A stretch of DNA of 64,000 nt from Daphnia carinata (lineage: Eukaryota): assembly GCF_022539665.2 (NCBI RefSeq), contig NC_081331.1, positions 930,001 through 994,000 on the forward strand, read 5' to 3'. Position numbers and translations under genes: made by a program. This document shows, piece after piece, positions 38,801 to 51,761 of the stretch. Under the pieces are notes generated by a model, which made no database searches, had not been told where the DNA came from, and saw only the letters and a list, made by a program, of their open reading frames with translations. The first letter of the stretch is position 1. The number at the start of each line of letters is the position of its first letter.

Positions 38801-41800
38801 GTGAAAGTCGTGTGGCTCGGCCCCAATGCCGATCGAATTGTTCGTGATTTCGTCAGTGACGCCAAGCGACGCAAGTCCGGACGTTCCATCATGTTTTTCG
38901 CATGGCGTCCGAGCACCATTACCGAGAGCGATGATTTCCTCAGCTTGTCTTTCCCACAATGTGAAACTTTGTCAACGCCCGATAGCGGTAAATTGAATAG
39001 TAGCATTACTAATGGATGCAAGCGTAGGTTTTCAACCTTTCTGGCTAAATTATGATTCTATTTTATTGATTAGACATGAAATGTGCTTACGAGTTCCAGC
39101 GCTTCGAAAAGGTCGCCTGGTCCTATCTTAAGAAGGGCGCCAAGCTCGTCTTCGAGGTAAGCAAAACCAAATTTCGTATCGAATTCTTACGTAGTCCGTC
39201 AACGAATGCTGATCAGAGGCATCAGATGATAATAATTTGCGATTGACGAATAACTGAAATTTACATGCGCGTGCCAAGGTGAACGAGGAAATCCGATACA
39301 CTTTGCAACCTTGCACTATGTATTATCGCCCTATTCAGTTTAGTTCATATTCAGGCTCGCATCATTGCTCGTTACTTCCCGGAGTAAATCAATAAAGCAC
39401 TTGACGTTAAAGTGCACTTTTAATCAATTGAGAGAGCAAAAAGTGAATTACGCCACCAATCCAGAAACAACACTGAATTTCGAAATTGAATTACGGAGAA
39501 GCGAAACTGAAATTCTTTTAACTTTTACGTCCTAAAATGGAACGGGCCATTTGTCAATAGAAACAACTTTTCTGCCAACAGTTTTCCCATCTACCCACAC
39601 AATAAATCCCTTTACTTTTTTATTGTGTTAAATTATTATCACATATTTAGAGCGGAAATAGAGTGAGGCGCGAGAATAATTTTTTTCATACGTTTCCACA
39701 ATAGACCGGCGCTTTGTTTTCCCCTTCAAAAAACAAAAGAATTAATGCTTGTTAATATTGACACAGCTGTGTGGTCCATACTTTTTAGACAAGATAATCA
39801 AGTTGGCGCTGTATTTTTGACCATTTCTTTTGCTGCCAGCAGCATAGTGAAAGTATACTGTCAAGCAAGGTCCAACAGCTGCACCTCTCTATATGCTGTG
39901 CGGCTACTTCAGAATGGGATTATATCTCAAAAAGAAATAAAGATAACAAAGGTACAACAACAAGGACGATAGAGCCTCTCACCACGACAGGATAAAGAAA
40001 GCGGGCAGCCTAGAGGCACCCATAAGAAAAACAGTATCAACCGGCCTATTCTGAAAAATCGCAGCGATTCTTGATATTGGGAGGGGACCCCATGTGCGGA
40101 AGATTGTAAAACTTTGTGAACCATTTCGTTAGAGAACGTTTTATTCGTAGAGCCTTTAGAACCGTTTCAGTCCCAACCTCGGCCGCTGCTCTGTTGAATA
40201 ATCCAACAGCGGTAAACATTCCGCGCTAGCGACGCATCCCACGTCAGCAACTTCTCAGCCCATATCCTTTAGTGTTCAGCCTATAGACTATACACGTACA
40301 GGATCCTTTTGAATTGCTCTTTTCTGTGAAAACAGTCACATTCGCCCTTTTTTTTCGAAAAAATAAATTCAATGAAATCATTATTCCGTTTTGTCGCTAT
40401 CGACACGGTCGGTTTAGCACATCATCTGCGAAGGCCATAACTTTCATGAAAGAGTTGATTGGGTTTTCTTAAGTCGTTCTTTTTGTTAAATTCAATACGA
40501 TCAAATTTGGAATCAACGAATCGGAACGTTAATAGTGCACGAATGTAAATGGGTTTATTCGCTTGGGATCGGCAAATAGAAAAATTTACATCGGCTTTTA
40601 AAAATTTGAACACCGACACACACACATATTACAGGGGACCCTCTCGCTGCTGATCAACGGATCGATAACATTCTCAGTTGATTAAGTTTAATGAGTAAGA
40701 TTACCCAATTAAAAAGGTCACACCGGTAATCGTAAATCTTGAAACAAAAGAAAACATGTACACAAAAAGGGGGACATTTATAGAAGGATGTTACTACGTG
40801 ATTCCCGGATTAAGTGCGCTTGTGCCAATGTCACGACAAAGTCGTTATACAGAGGGTGTTGGAGCATATCTCTTGGATCCCTTCTGGTGACACAAAATTC
40901 AAATGATAAATGGAAAACAACCTTAATTTACGACCATCCCCCTCCCATTAAAAAAGACTGACATTAAATAACAAAAAGCAATCGAAAATTAATCAAGATA
41001 GATTTTTCTTTTGTTAGTATCATTAAACGCGGAACTCTTGTGGAAGTTATCGAACAATGACAGCATTCACGATGCCAGACTTTAAATTGGCTACCAGCTC
41101 GAACGAAACTGGAACAAAAATGAGATTGCCTTTTTAACGATGCAACAATCCCTCCCTCTTTCCTTAGAAATCTGGAACTGAGCCTAAACTATTAAACTCT
41201 TGCCTGGTCTGTGCAAGAACGGCAGATAATAAAAACGATCTAGTACCACTAGTTTTATGTAACAACCTCTTTTTCTCCAACCGTAAATCCAGCTGTACAA
41301 TTAAGAGACATAAGTGCACTTGTCAGCGAGTATTGTCCGAATACTGTTGGCTACCCTCCCGATGTTTAATTGTCGACTGTAATTTTCTATAGAACATCAG
41401 AGAATGTTAACGCGCTCTATTGATCTCGTCTTGTTCCATCCCTTTTTCTTTTTAAACAAAAGGCTCTTCAGCGAGTCTTCTTCACCCAGGAAGAGTACAC
41501 GGCAATGTTGCGATTATACAATAAAAGACAGGAAGAAGAATCGCAGGTGGACAAAATTGCGTGCGACTGGATGAAAGAGAACCCGCAAGTTTGGTCGCAA
41601 TGGAAACCTTCCGATTTAAACGTTAAAATGGAGCTGTACATCGGTGGGATCTTCCCTATCAGCGGACCGTCGTATAAGAGCGGACCCGGAATGGTGCCAG
41701 GTACAGCTACATCGATATACAAAAAACTGTTATCATTATGAGAAAACCGTTTCGCTTGGTCCGTTGCAACTAATGAGTCCTCACGGTCCCATCTAGCTGC

Positions 41801-44800
41801 CCAAATGGCCGTTGACGCCATCAATCGAAACGAAACCATCCTGAGGGACTACGATCTGAAATTGCTCGTCGCCGATGGCCAGTGCTCAGCCGACATGGTC
41901 ATGAAGAGTTTCATTGATTATCTGCGCTTCAAACATTTTAACCACATGGTTGGCATTCTGGGTATCGTCAAAAAATCCTTCGCAATGTTCAAATATTCCG
42001 TTGGGAGAATAGTATTACAAATTTTACGAACGGGATTTCAGGTCCGGCATGTTCCGAAACAGTGGAATCCGTGGCGGGAGTTTCAAAACGTTTTAAAACT
42101 ATCGCCATTAGTTACAGCGCTCAAGGATCGAGTTTCTCCGATCGGGATAAGTTTCCTTATTTCTTCCGCACGATCGGCGAGACGGGCCAATTCAAGTGTG
42201 TTTGATTTTTTTTTTCTTAATTAGTTTGATTAATAAAGGCGTTTTGACGCCACTGAATCCAATGGCGTGGAAAAATTGATAAGAAGAAACAGGTCGTCAG
42301 CTAAAATCTGTTTCCATTTTTCATTCTAACGGCCTGACAGATACGTCTTTTTAACTCTGCTCCAACAACTTGGCTGGAAACGTGTGGGCGCTTTGATGAG
42401 CGACGGCAAAAAATACTCTGATTACGTGACAACTGTGCAAGATTACGCAGAAAGTAACAAAATCACGTTTGTTACTACCCGTAAAATAACGAGCAGCTCT
42501 TCTCTCGAGGTAATTAATCGATTATTGCACACATACAAAAAAGAGGACAAAGAAAAACGAAAACGCTTTGATTTCTTTCGTGCAGTATTTAAAGGATCTC
42601 AAAGCAAAAAGAGTCAAGATCATCGTCGGCGAATTCGATGAAGAACGGGCTTGCGAAGTCATGTGTCAGGCCTACAGACTCAACATGACGGCCAGGGAGG
42701 GCTACATCTGGTTTTTACCAAATTTCAATTCTGAACTCTTTCAGGTACAGTGCGAAATTGTATCATCTCACACCAAAGTATGACGTTTTTTTTTAAAGAG
42801 TTTCAAGCCTCTTTGGTACGATGTCGACCGACGTATCAATCAATCAAATCGAAGTTTGGAAGCTATTCCGTGTTCTACCGAGCAAATCATTCGGGTACAC
42901 GTGTTCTTGAAATGATTGCATGCTTTTCCATTGATGTTGATAGAAATGTAACTGGCGATTTGCGTTGTCAGGCGATTGATGGCCACTTTTACATGACGTA
43001 TTCGAGCTACGCTCCCAACGAGAGCATCATGCAAGAAGGGACCAATGTCAGTGACTGGCGACGTCGCTACGAATTTCAGTGCGCCCGATTCAACACTTCA
43101 ACTTCGGAATACGCCAGCTACATTTACGATTCCGTGTGGACCTACGCTTTGGCTTTGGACAAACTATTGACGGGCAACGAATCCCTGGCAGCCGACTTCC
43201 ATACCGATCACACTACCGAGTCAGTACACGAGCACGTGCGTAAGTTATGATAATGCTATGTGCCTTTGCTCTTGCAATCGTAGACCTTTTTCACGTCCAT
43301 GTGACATGTTATCAAACACTCCTACCCCCACTCCCATATTTTGCGAAGTTTTCATCCATCCACAAATGTTTGACCCATTTGTCTGGGCATAACCACAAAT
43401 TCCTGTGACAGTTGAAGAATCGAGAAAGCCAACACACAAAGAGTTTGGGGAATGGCTGTTTCTTAGTACGAGACAGAACACAATACCCGTCGGAGCCGGT
43501 GATTTACGAGATCCATCCCCCCCCGCTGTTTTTACAGCTCTATTCGATTTCTTTCGACTGGTAAAGTGAAAGCGTTTTAAACAAATTAAAAAAAACGTCG
43601 CCCAAGGGAAAAAAAACAACAACAATTTTACAACAACTTAATGCAGTTACATTGTATACTTAAACGTAGGCAAAGGCATGTTTCTTGTGGTTTCTTATAT
43701 TCCCACGACGTATTCTGTCTCACCGCTTTCATTAAATCCTTTATGCTTTCCATATATTGTACAGGAAAAAGTAATTCCCTGGCCCTTCGTTGGGTTACTT
43801 TTTTCGTTAAGGCGTGTCACGATCGTTGAGAACAAAGAGCCCTTGAGCCCCTGTTGGGCTTTCTTCGAATTGACTTTCACGAGTGATGCTACGCTTTTGA
43901 TCCCGATGCTGGACTAAGATAAATACGGCGACCCGAATAGCATCGATCTTTTTTTTTTGCCCTACGATGGCACGTGTCATCATAGATGATCCCAATGGCC
44001 GCACCTTATTTTATTAGCTTACATGATTAGGAATTAGTCGGGACTTCGTATAACAATCATTTATCGACTTGCTTTGCTCTATTATTTAAAAAACAAAATT
44101 CATCGGATTTATTTGAATGGAAGGAGCCTGAGAAGAATCATCAACGAGACGGATTTCGTTGGCGTTTCCGGAAGACTGAGATTTACTGGCGGGCTGTCTC
44201 GCCATTCTGATATCCAAGTCTTTCAATGGATCAACAAGTCAAGTGAGCTTCTGGGCAGATTCCTGCCCGTCGTGCGTTCAAAATCCTCAAAATTTGCAAC
44301 GGGGCATTCGTGAGTACCTCATTCCGCGCGAACAATTTCTCGATTCCACACAAAATAATTGGCTTGAAAAATTTAGAAACTTCAATAAATCGCTCATCAA
44401 GTGGCTGACATGGGACGGAAAGCAGCCGGTCGACGACCCAGAACCTGGAACCAATGTTTGCGTTTTGGAAGGATTGGCACATTTGTTAAATGTCGAATGC
44501 GAAGCCGCCATTGTCGTCGCCAACATTTTGGGTTTCGGGGTGTTCGCCGGCTGCCTTGTCTGTTTCTTCTTCGTTTTCAAGCGCCGCTACGAACGCAAAG
44601 TGGAACAGACGGAAGAAAGAATGCGTGCGCTCGGACTTCTGTCTTCCGGCACACTTCTAACACTCGACGAATGGGAAATACCGCGTGAAAGGATCGTCAT
44701 CAACCGCAAGTTGGGCGAAGGCGCTTTCGGGACTGTCTACGGTGGCGAAGCCTTCTTCGATGACAAAGGATGGGTAAGCGTAAAATCAAAAAATTTTCGT

Positions 44801-46584
44801 TCGTTTTGCGTCTCGATTGATAAAGAAAAAAAAACGAAATTCAATTCAAAAACAGGTTGCTGTGGCCGTCAAAACACTCAAAGTGGGTTCAACTGTCGAA
44901 GAGAAATTGGACTTTCTCAGTGAAGCCGAAATGATGAAGCGCTTCAATCACAAAAATATCGTCCGCTTATTGGGTGTTTGTACGCGTAACGAACCCGTTT
45001 ACACAGTCATGGAATTCATTCTCTACGGTACGCTTTGTTTTTCTACTTTATATCTAATTAAAAAGTTGGGTCGATTTTTTACGCGATAACGCAGGCGATT
45101 TAAAAACTTATTTGCTGGCTCGACGTCATTTGGTGTACGAAAAAAGCCGCGAAGATTCGGACGAAATCTCCGGCCGCCGGTTGACGGCCATCGCCCTAGA
45201 CGTAGCTAAAGCTTTGAGCTATTTGGCCGAACTCAAATACGTCCATCGGTTGGTGTCTATCGTCGCATCCTATATAACTCAGTGGTCTTATTATTAATAC
45301 CGTTGTTTTACTGCAGGGACGTCGCATGTCGAAACTGTCTAGTGAACTCGAATCGCGTTGCAAAGCTTGCTGATTTCGGGATGGCACGTCCCATGTAAGT
45401 TATAACCATATTTCATTGGACAAATAAAAACTTGTTTTTATTAATCTCCTATACTCGCTATTGGTCAGGTACGAAAACGATTACTACCGCTTCCATCGCA
45501 AAGGTCCGTATTTCGTTTTGTTTGCTACTCGGAAAGGCTACGTATCCTCAGCAAGAGTCGGTGGTCTTAGCTCTTTGCTGAGGATTCGTGATCTCTCAAT
45601 CAACAAATAAGTTTGCGCCACTGTACATACGACTTTTTAGCTTTGCTGCGGCGGATATCTGTGTCAGAAAGAAAGAGGCACGTCTTTTCAACATAAGATT
45701 GGAAATGGTCGAGTCGCTTACTGAACTAGCTTTGGTCAAAATAACATTACGTGACGTGCCAACTTCTTTACATTGCCCACTGTTTGCGCTACTGTTCTTG
45801 ACATTCAAACCTTTATTTTCTTTTTTAATGGATGTATGACAGGCATGTTACCCGTGAGGTGGATGGCGCCAGAAAGCTTAGTAGACGGTCTGTTCACGCC
45901 AATGACTGACATTTGGTCTTACGGTGTCCTACTCTACGAGATAATCACATTTGGTAGCTTCCCATTCCAAGGAATGAGCAACAACCAAGTACTGGGACAC
46001 ATTAAAAATGGATTGACCATCGACATCCCAGATGGAGTTAAACCTCAATTGTAAGATTTGATCAAATCGTTCTGTAAAACATAAGGATTTCTACAACCAA
46101 TTCACGTTGCTTCGTGCTTTTTAAAACAAGGGAAACTCTATTAAAATCGTGTTGGCATCGGACACCATCCCTAAGACCTCAGGCGGCCGAAGTGGTCGAA
46201 TTACTGACCAATAACACCCGGTTGATTCAGCCATGTGTAGGCATCCCGTTATCATCAATCCAGATAGAGGGGAGCAATTCTTTAGAATTACAATTACCCG
46301 CTGCCGTCACCGTCCATGGCTGTCAAGTACGTAAATCGAATTCCGGCGGTAATAACAAGTTGGGTTCCAGCAGTTTGGCCAGCAAGTTAGCCAACTTGGA
46401 TCTTTCCCTGGGCAGTGGGGGCGGATCTGCCAACAATAGTGACAGCCTACTCTGTGACCCACTATTGATGAACCCCTATCCCGCATCTCACTTTGTTACG
46501 CAGTACATCACGCTTCAACACAGGACTTCAGGCGAACATATATACATAGGGGAAACACGCGAAAATGGCTCCAGTCAAGTTTGA
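35812..46584 (+). CDS. VKR: Venus kinase receptor: signal peptide, ProX/OpuAC-like domain, GABA-B-like Venus flytrap module, TM helix, insulin-receptor-like tyrosine kinase
   Basis: Signal exon 35812-35935. VFT motifs LYIGGIFP, MAVDAINRNETILRDYDL, DGQCSAD, GPACSETVE, FPYFFRT, YIYDSVWTYALAL and FVGVSG. TM helix AIVVANILGFGVFAGCLVCFFFVF. Kinase motifs LGEGAFG, VAVK, HRDVACRN and [30 protein letters not shown]. Stop at 46584. The start codon is inferred. Confidence 0.9.
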
Positions 46585-46828
46585 ATGGAATTTAATAAGC
46601 AGCGTGTGTTTAACTGATTATTTAATACCTTCCAAGTTATGTCTAAATTTGTATACTCCGTAAGCCCGCCTAAAGAAGTAAATTATCGACTGTATGTGAC
46701 GCACGTCTATTATTCTTGTTTCTTTTTCAATGTTTGCAACACATACAATTGGGCAGCAATCCGCGAATCGATACACGAGGCCCAGCAATGTCTACGTAAT
46801 AACTGTTGCTGATGAATATACGCATTGT

Positions 46829-47751
46829 TCAAACGATGTACTTGGTATGACTTCCTGAAAGACAAGAAGAAAAGAGTGTGAAGAAAATTGGTGGTAGTTG
46901 ACAGGAGAACCCAAAGACACGAACCTTGAGCAAGAATAGCGCCGGTTTGTTTGTTGATAATCTGCACATTTAAAAAGGCCAAATTCTTTCCCACTTTATC
47001 GGTGGCCGCCTTCACTAGGATGTGATCACCGATTTTGGCTGCTTTCAAATACCTGGTGATATCAATCGTATATCACAAAATATTTTTCACCGCATTTCTG
47101 AAGGAAAAATAACACAGTCCGCAAATACGAGTACCACAGTTCACGCATGCGCTGGAGTTTTTAGAGGATAATTGAACAACGACGTCCGAACGAAGCTTAA
47201 AAAAAAATAAAAGCGCAAATGTAAACATATAGACCATTGGCTAACTTCGAGGAGAACGCAGTTACGGGTAGCGGTCGACGGTAATGGTTATGCTTGGGCG
47301 AAAGCATGTGTTGCACAGTTGAAAAAAGGAAGTTCCACAACAAAAAATTTGCAACATAGAACATCCGATTGAAAATGATAAGTAGGGCTTTGCCAGATTA
47401 CTTACGTTATGTTGAGATTTACAGAAACACCAGGAACTTGTCTTGAATCAGTCAGTAGGGCCATAGTTGAAACTGAATCAACAAGACAAGCTGAAAATCC
47501 ACCATGAAGTAGACCAGCTTGATTGGTATGTTCTGCTTCCACTTGAAATTCAGCTTCACATGTTCCTTCACTTCCAGCTACAATTTTAACCTACACAATT
47601 TAATTCATAATTCAATTTAAACAATGGTTACCAGAAAAATTTAGCAACATTTTTTAACCTTTTGATAGATCTTTTGATCAAAGCCTTGTCCACTCTTCAC
47701 CCGCTGCAGCCAAATATTTCGAAGTAGTTGCAATGTATTCTTCTGGCACAT
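46829..47751 (-). CDS. ACOT13: Acyl-CoA thioesterase 13 (hot-dog fold, THEM2-like)
   Basis: Four exons: MCQKNTLQ...GFDQKIYQK, VKIVAGSEG...HTNQAGLLHGGFSACLVDSVST...GVSVNLNIT, YLKAAKIGD...KVGKNLAF...LAQG, SHTKYIV*. Contains the HGG...D catalytic motif. Confidence 0.9.
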
Positions 47752-48317
47752 TGTGATATTTGATACAATTAATTTGTAGTTTTTTATGCTGTGCCTGGTT
47801 TTTTCCCAACTGTTGATCTGTTTTAAACTTCAAGCACAGTTTATCTGCTTATTATGTTTTCTGTGTCTTGTCTCAACCTTTATCACTACAATATTTGTTT
47901 TTCGCCCGGTGGAAAGTCAGTAGCCTTATTGTTTTTACAGTAACCCAGACAATTCAGAAATGGAAAACCATTCGTTCTACTATTGCTCGGTCTTTGAATA
48001 AAAATGTTCCACTAATCCCCACATCACAACCAACCACGCCGCTTGATAACTGAGCAGGGAGGCGGGAGAAATTTTACGCTGCTGTCTGCTACAGTGTAAA
48101 ATAGTGCTATTTTGCGGGGCGTTCTGCGGGCGCGGAGACTAGTTTGTAAATAAGCTCAAACCTAGCGTTATCCTTACCTCACAGGACGCTTATTATGTTG
48201 AGACTCATCAGAGTGGGGCATACACTTCATAGTTTGTGATTTAATTTAATTGAGATGTCTATTATAGTGAGATGAGCACTAACAATGCAAAATTTATTTA
48301 CAATTCTTATTATTAAT

Positions 48318-50190
48318 TCAGATGTAAGATTTACATAGAGCTACGCAATGATCGACGCCGAAACAAAATTTCTTTAGATATCCTGGAATATTTACCTAGA
48401 AAAATAGTCCCAGTTGAAACAAGAAGTTTGATTATTGGATCATACACAATCAGCCGACGAAAAAGGAATTACCTTAATTGGGAAAAATTGATTATCTAGA
48501 TGACCAAGACCGAGGGATCCGAACCTATTCCGTCCCCAGATGTAAAGATCACCGTTATTTGTGACGGCAGCAAATTGACTTAGTCCTCCATATATGGATA
48601 CTACTTTGCCATCTTGATTGAATTCATTGCAACCAAAAAGCGTTAATGGAATGGCGGTCGGTTCCTGACTCCGATCCACCACAGGGCCCTTCCCAAGGAT
48701 ACCATAGCCCCAAACAAATACTTCACCAGCATCTATTAACGGGAAATATGTTATGGCTCCCAAACAGAAAAAAGTAATGGGTTCGCCATTTCATACCGTT
48801 TAGTATTAGACATGCAGTGCCAGAAGCCGCAACATCTACAATTTTCCCAAATATCTGGGGGAGTCGTAAATGACGCGGGGTATGCAACTGCATTTCGGAT
48901 GTGGCTAGCCGTAACTGGCCATACTCAGAATTTCCCCATCCAAAAACCTGACCTTTATCTAACAAAACAAATAAAGGTAAAAGTAAAATACCATTACCAG
49001 GTGAGGCATGAAAAATGTCGTCAAAAGAATAATTTACCATTAAGTGCTAGTACGCAGTCGGCACTACATGCCAGCTTAATTATGTTTTCTCCAACAACGT
49101 CTCCCACGCACTTGGTAATTCGATCCGTATTGTTGTAATGACCTACGCCGGTTTGACCGTCTGCACTCCAGCCGCATGACCACACTGAACCCCGATCTGT
49201 TACAAACATTCTGCAAAAAAAAAAGAAGAAAAAAAATACATTTTTCTTGTGTATCTTTTATAGGTTGGACGCATAAAGTGGAAAAGAAGATGAAAAGAAG
49301 ATTTACGAGTGATCTTGTCCGCAATAGACCTGCGAAATTTTGTCATTCATCAAAATCTGATGTACTGTTGACTGTCTCTGATAATCTTCGTCTTCTATTA
49401 TATGCCGACCGCATTGCCCGTAAGCATTATTTCCTAGGGTTAGAACACCGGCATTCTCCGTCAGAACAAGTGTATGGGCCCTTCCGCATGCAATTCCAGT
49501 GATGGATGATTTTATGTTGGGCAGGTGAATTGGTACGGGTTCTGCAATCAGTTCTAAAGGGTGGTCTTTCCTTACCGCGTGATAGCCTGAAACGATAATT
49601 AGAGTTGAGTGTAACTTGTATACACGAATGAGGATTCATCTGGATTGCTGACCAATTTGAGAATCTGTATTGAGGCCAGTTCCAAAAACTTGTGACAAAG
49701 TCTTCTTGCCTTTTGCGATAAAAACTGTAAAGCCATAGCCAGCAGCAATATCTGTAACCTGAACAGGGCAGTCAACAAAAGAATTTTTTGCAAGATTGCA
49801 GAAAGTTGGCTGTTAGGGACTTACATCATTTTCTTCAGCAAATCCTAGTCTATAGGGTCTGTGCATGTACTCCACTGGCCTCCGAGCTTTGATAATTGGT
49901 TTCAGAAACTGCCTCTCACCTAAGGCACCATGTTCAGCTAAACCCCAAGTGAAAACTCTGTTTCTCTTGTCACTTTTGGCAGATGCGTACTGATAAACTG
50001 TACATCAAAATACTAATGATGAGCAAAGTCACATTCTTCGAACGAATCGTTTTCTTTAAATTATTATTTTACCTGGTAATGATTCCTCATTGTTTTTGTT
50101 TAAAACTCTCTTAGTAGTTTTTGTTCTGCAAAACCTAAGAACAGATCTACCTGCACGTGTGAGCACCGTTCGGGACGACATTCCTATCAT
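48318..50190 (-). CDS. RCC1L: RCC1-like protein (RCC1L/WBSCR16, mitochondrial)
   Basis: Basic presequence-like N-terminus MIGMSSRTVLTRAGRSVLRF. RCC1 repeats VFTWGLAEHGALG, SCGWSADGQTGVG, FGWGNSEYGQL, VFVWGYGILGKGP and WGRNRFGSLGLG. Ends FGVDHCVALCKSYI*. Confidence 0.88.
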
Positions 50191-50544
50191 GTCAAAATTC
50201 TTCTTTTATTATATGCCAAAAATCACGGGATATATCTAGTCTTTTTATGATTCTGGAATACGATTATACTACAAGCGTGTACGGTACGTGTAAAAAAGCA
50301 CAAGTAAACAGCATGAGGAAAAATCCTAGCAGTCGACACATCCCATTGGCGCTCCTTTCTCTCCAACTGCAACATCAACACATAGCACAGCATGTGAACA
50401 CCATTATCTAGCTGTAATCACATGTCTTTTATGTACTGAGGCCGTCGTACGCGATATCCAACGGAAATAGAGATACTGTTACATTACCAACAACAAATAC
50501 TCTCTATAGACATACAATTGTGTATCCAACATAAATATATCACC
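50191..50544. promoter_or_regulatory. Putative shared (bidirectional) promoter region of RCC1L and PEX2
   Basis: Divergent start codons at 50190 (-) and 50545 (+) are only 354 nt apart. Inferred from position only. Confidence 0.5.
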
Positions 50545-51761
50545 ATGGCAGTGTCAAGACAAAGTCAGGTAGCTAAACTTATTTCTTAACAAGTCTGTGT
50601 GTAACCAAGTTTGAGATAATCTCATTTTTATAACCAGATAGACGCCGTCGAATTAGACTCAGAATGTTACCAACTTTTCCAAACTCAGCTAAACCAGTCT
50701 TTCACACATTTACCAGTATAAAAGACATTCATATTAATGGTTCCTACAACATGGAATATCAAGTTTTTTTTCTTCCGTCTGTTAGATAAACATCCTAAAG
50801 AAAATTGAACCAGAGATTTCAGCATTGCTGAACCTTGCTGTTTATGTGGTAGAATGATGTTACTTCCTTCCTTGTGAATCTCTCAATCTTTGTGCATTTT
50901 TATGTAGGTCCCCCTCTATACAACTTCGAGCCTTGTGAGCCATAAGCTATTGGGCATTGAGTTTAGTGACAGAACAGCTAGTCCACTCATACAAAAGAAA
51001 TTTTATGCTTATAGCTTTGCCATAGTTGGAATGAAATGGATTTCCCAAAGATGGAGTACATTATCATCACACATTTTAAATGAGGGAATGATGCAATCAG
51101 TAAGTAAATAGATGTTTACTGTTATTTTAAATTTAAATAGTTGAATACAACAATGTCGAACACAGGCTGCCCAGTTCCTAAGTTGGTTGCATTTGTCTTC
51201 AAAAATATTCAACCTACTTAACAGCTTAGTGTTCCTGAAGCAAGGGCTGTACCCTACAGTTTTACACAGGGTTTTAAACCTTAGAACAAACCTGATTGAT
51301 CCAAACCAGCCAAGGTCTACAGACCTTTCTACTTTAACTAGGGAATTACTGTGGCATTCATTTGCTGTGAGTAGCTACTATTTTATACAATACCAATATA
51401 CATAAGTTCTATTAACCGTGTATTGTCTTAGGAAACGTTGATGTTTATATTGCCCTTAGTTAATGTCCATCGAGTCAAAAGCTGGTTCTCGAGAGTGGTC
51501 ATGCTAAGAGAAGACACTCAGACCAACATAGCAGTGGGAAAGAATTCACTGTGTGCTATGTGCAATGAAGTGCCCATTATTCCTCAAAAAGCTGAATGTC
51601 ACCATACATTCTGCTATTACTGCTTGACGGTAAATCTTAAAATAAATGTTCTGATCCGAGAGTAACGTTTGGATGTAATACAGGCAAGTTTAGAAGCTGT
51701 ACCTGAATATACTTGCCCCCTTTGTTCGTATCTTATCGGCAAGGGACAGAAGGATGTTTAG
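50545..51761 (+). CDS. PEX2: Peroxisome biogenesis factor 2 (RING peroxin)
   Basis: Spliced exons MAVSRQSQ|IDAVELD, EPEISALL, NSLVFLKQGLYPTVLHRVL, RELLWHSFA|ETLMFILPLVN. RING finger CAMC...P...CHHTFCYYC...CPLC. Stop at 51759-51761. Confidence 0.88.

Noticed and set aside
47055..47401. Unusually long ACOT13 intron as a snoRNA host
   Set aside because: No convincing C/D or H/ACA box arrangement is visible by eye. An Infernal/Rfam scan would be needed.
48051..48222. Minus-strand resemblance to the U12 snRNA 5' end (ATGCC...TGATGAGT...GTAAGGATAACG) or a hammerhead core (CTGATGAG)
   Set aside because: The spacing does not fit U12, there is no clear Sm site, and no GAAA closes a hammerhead stem II. 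GTAAGG is better explained as a splice donor.
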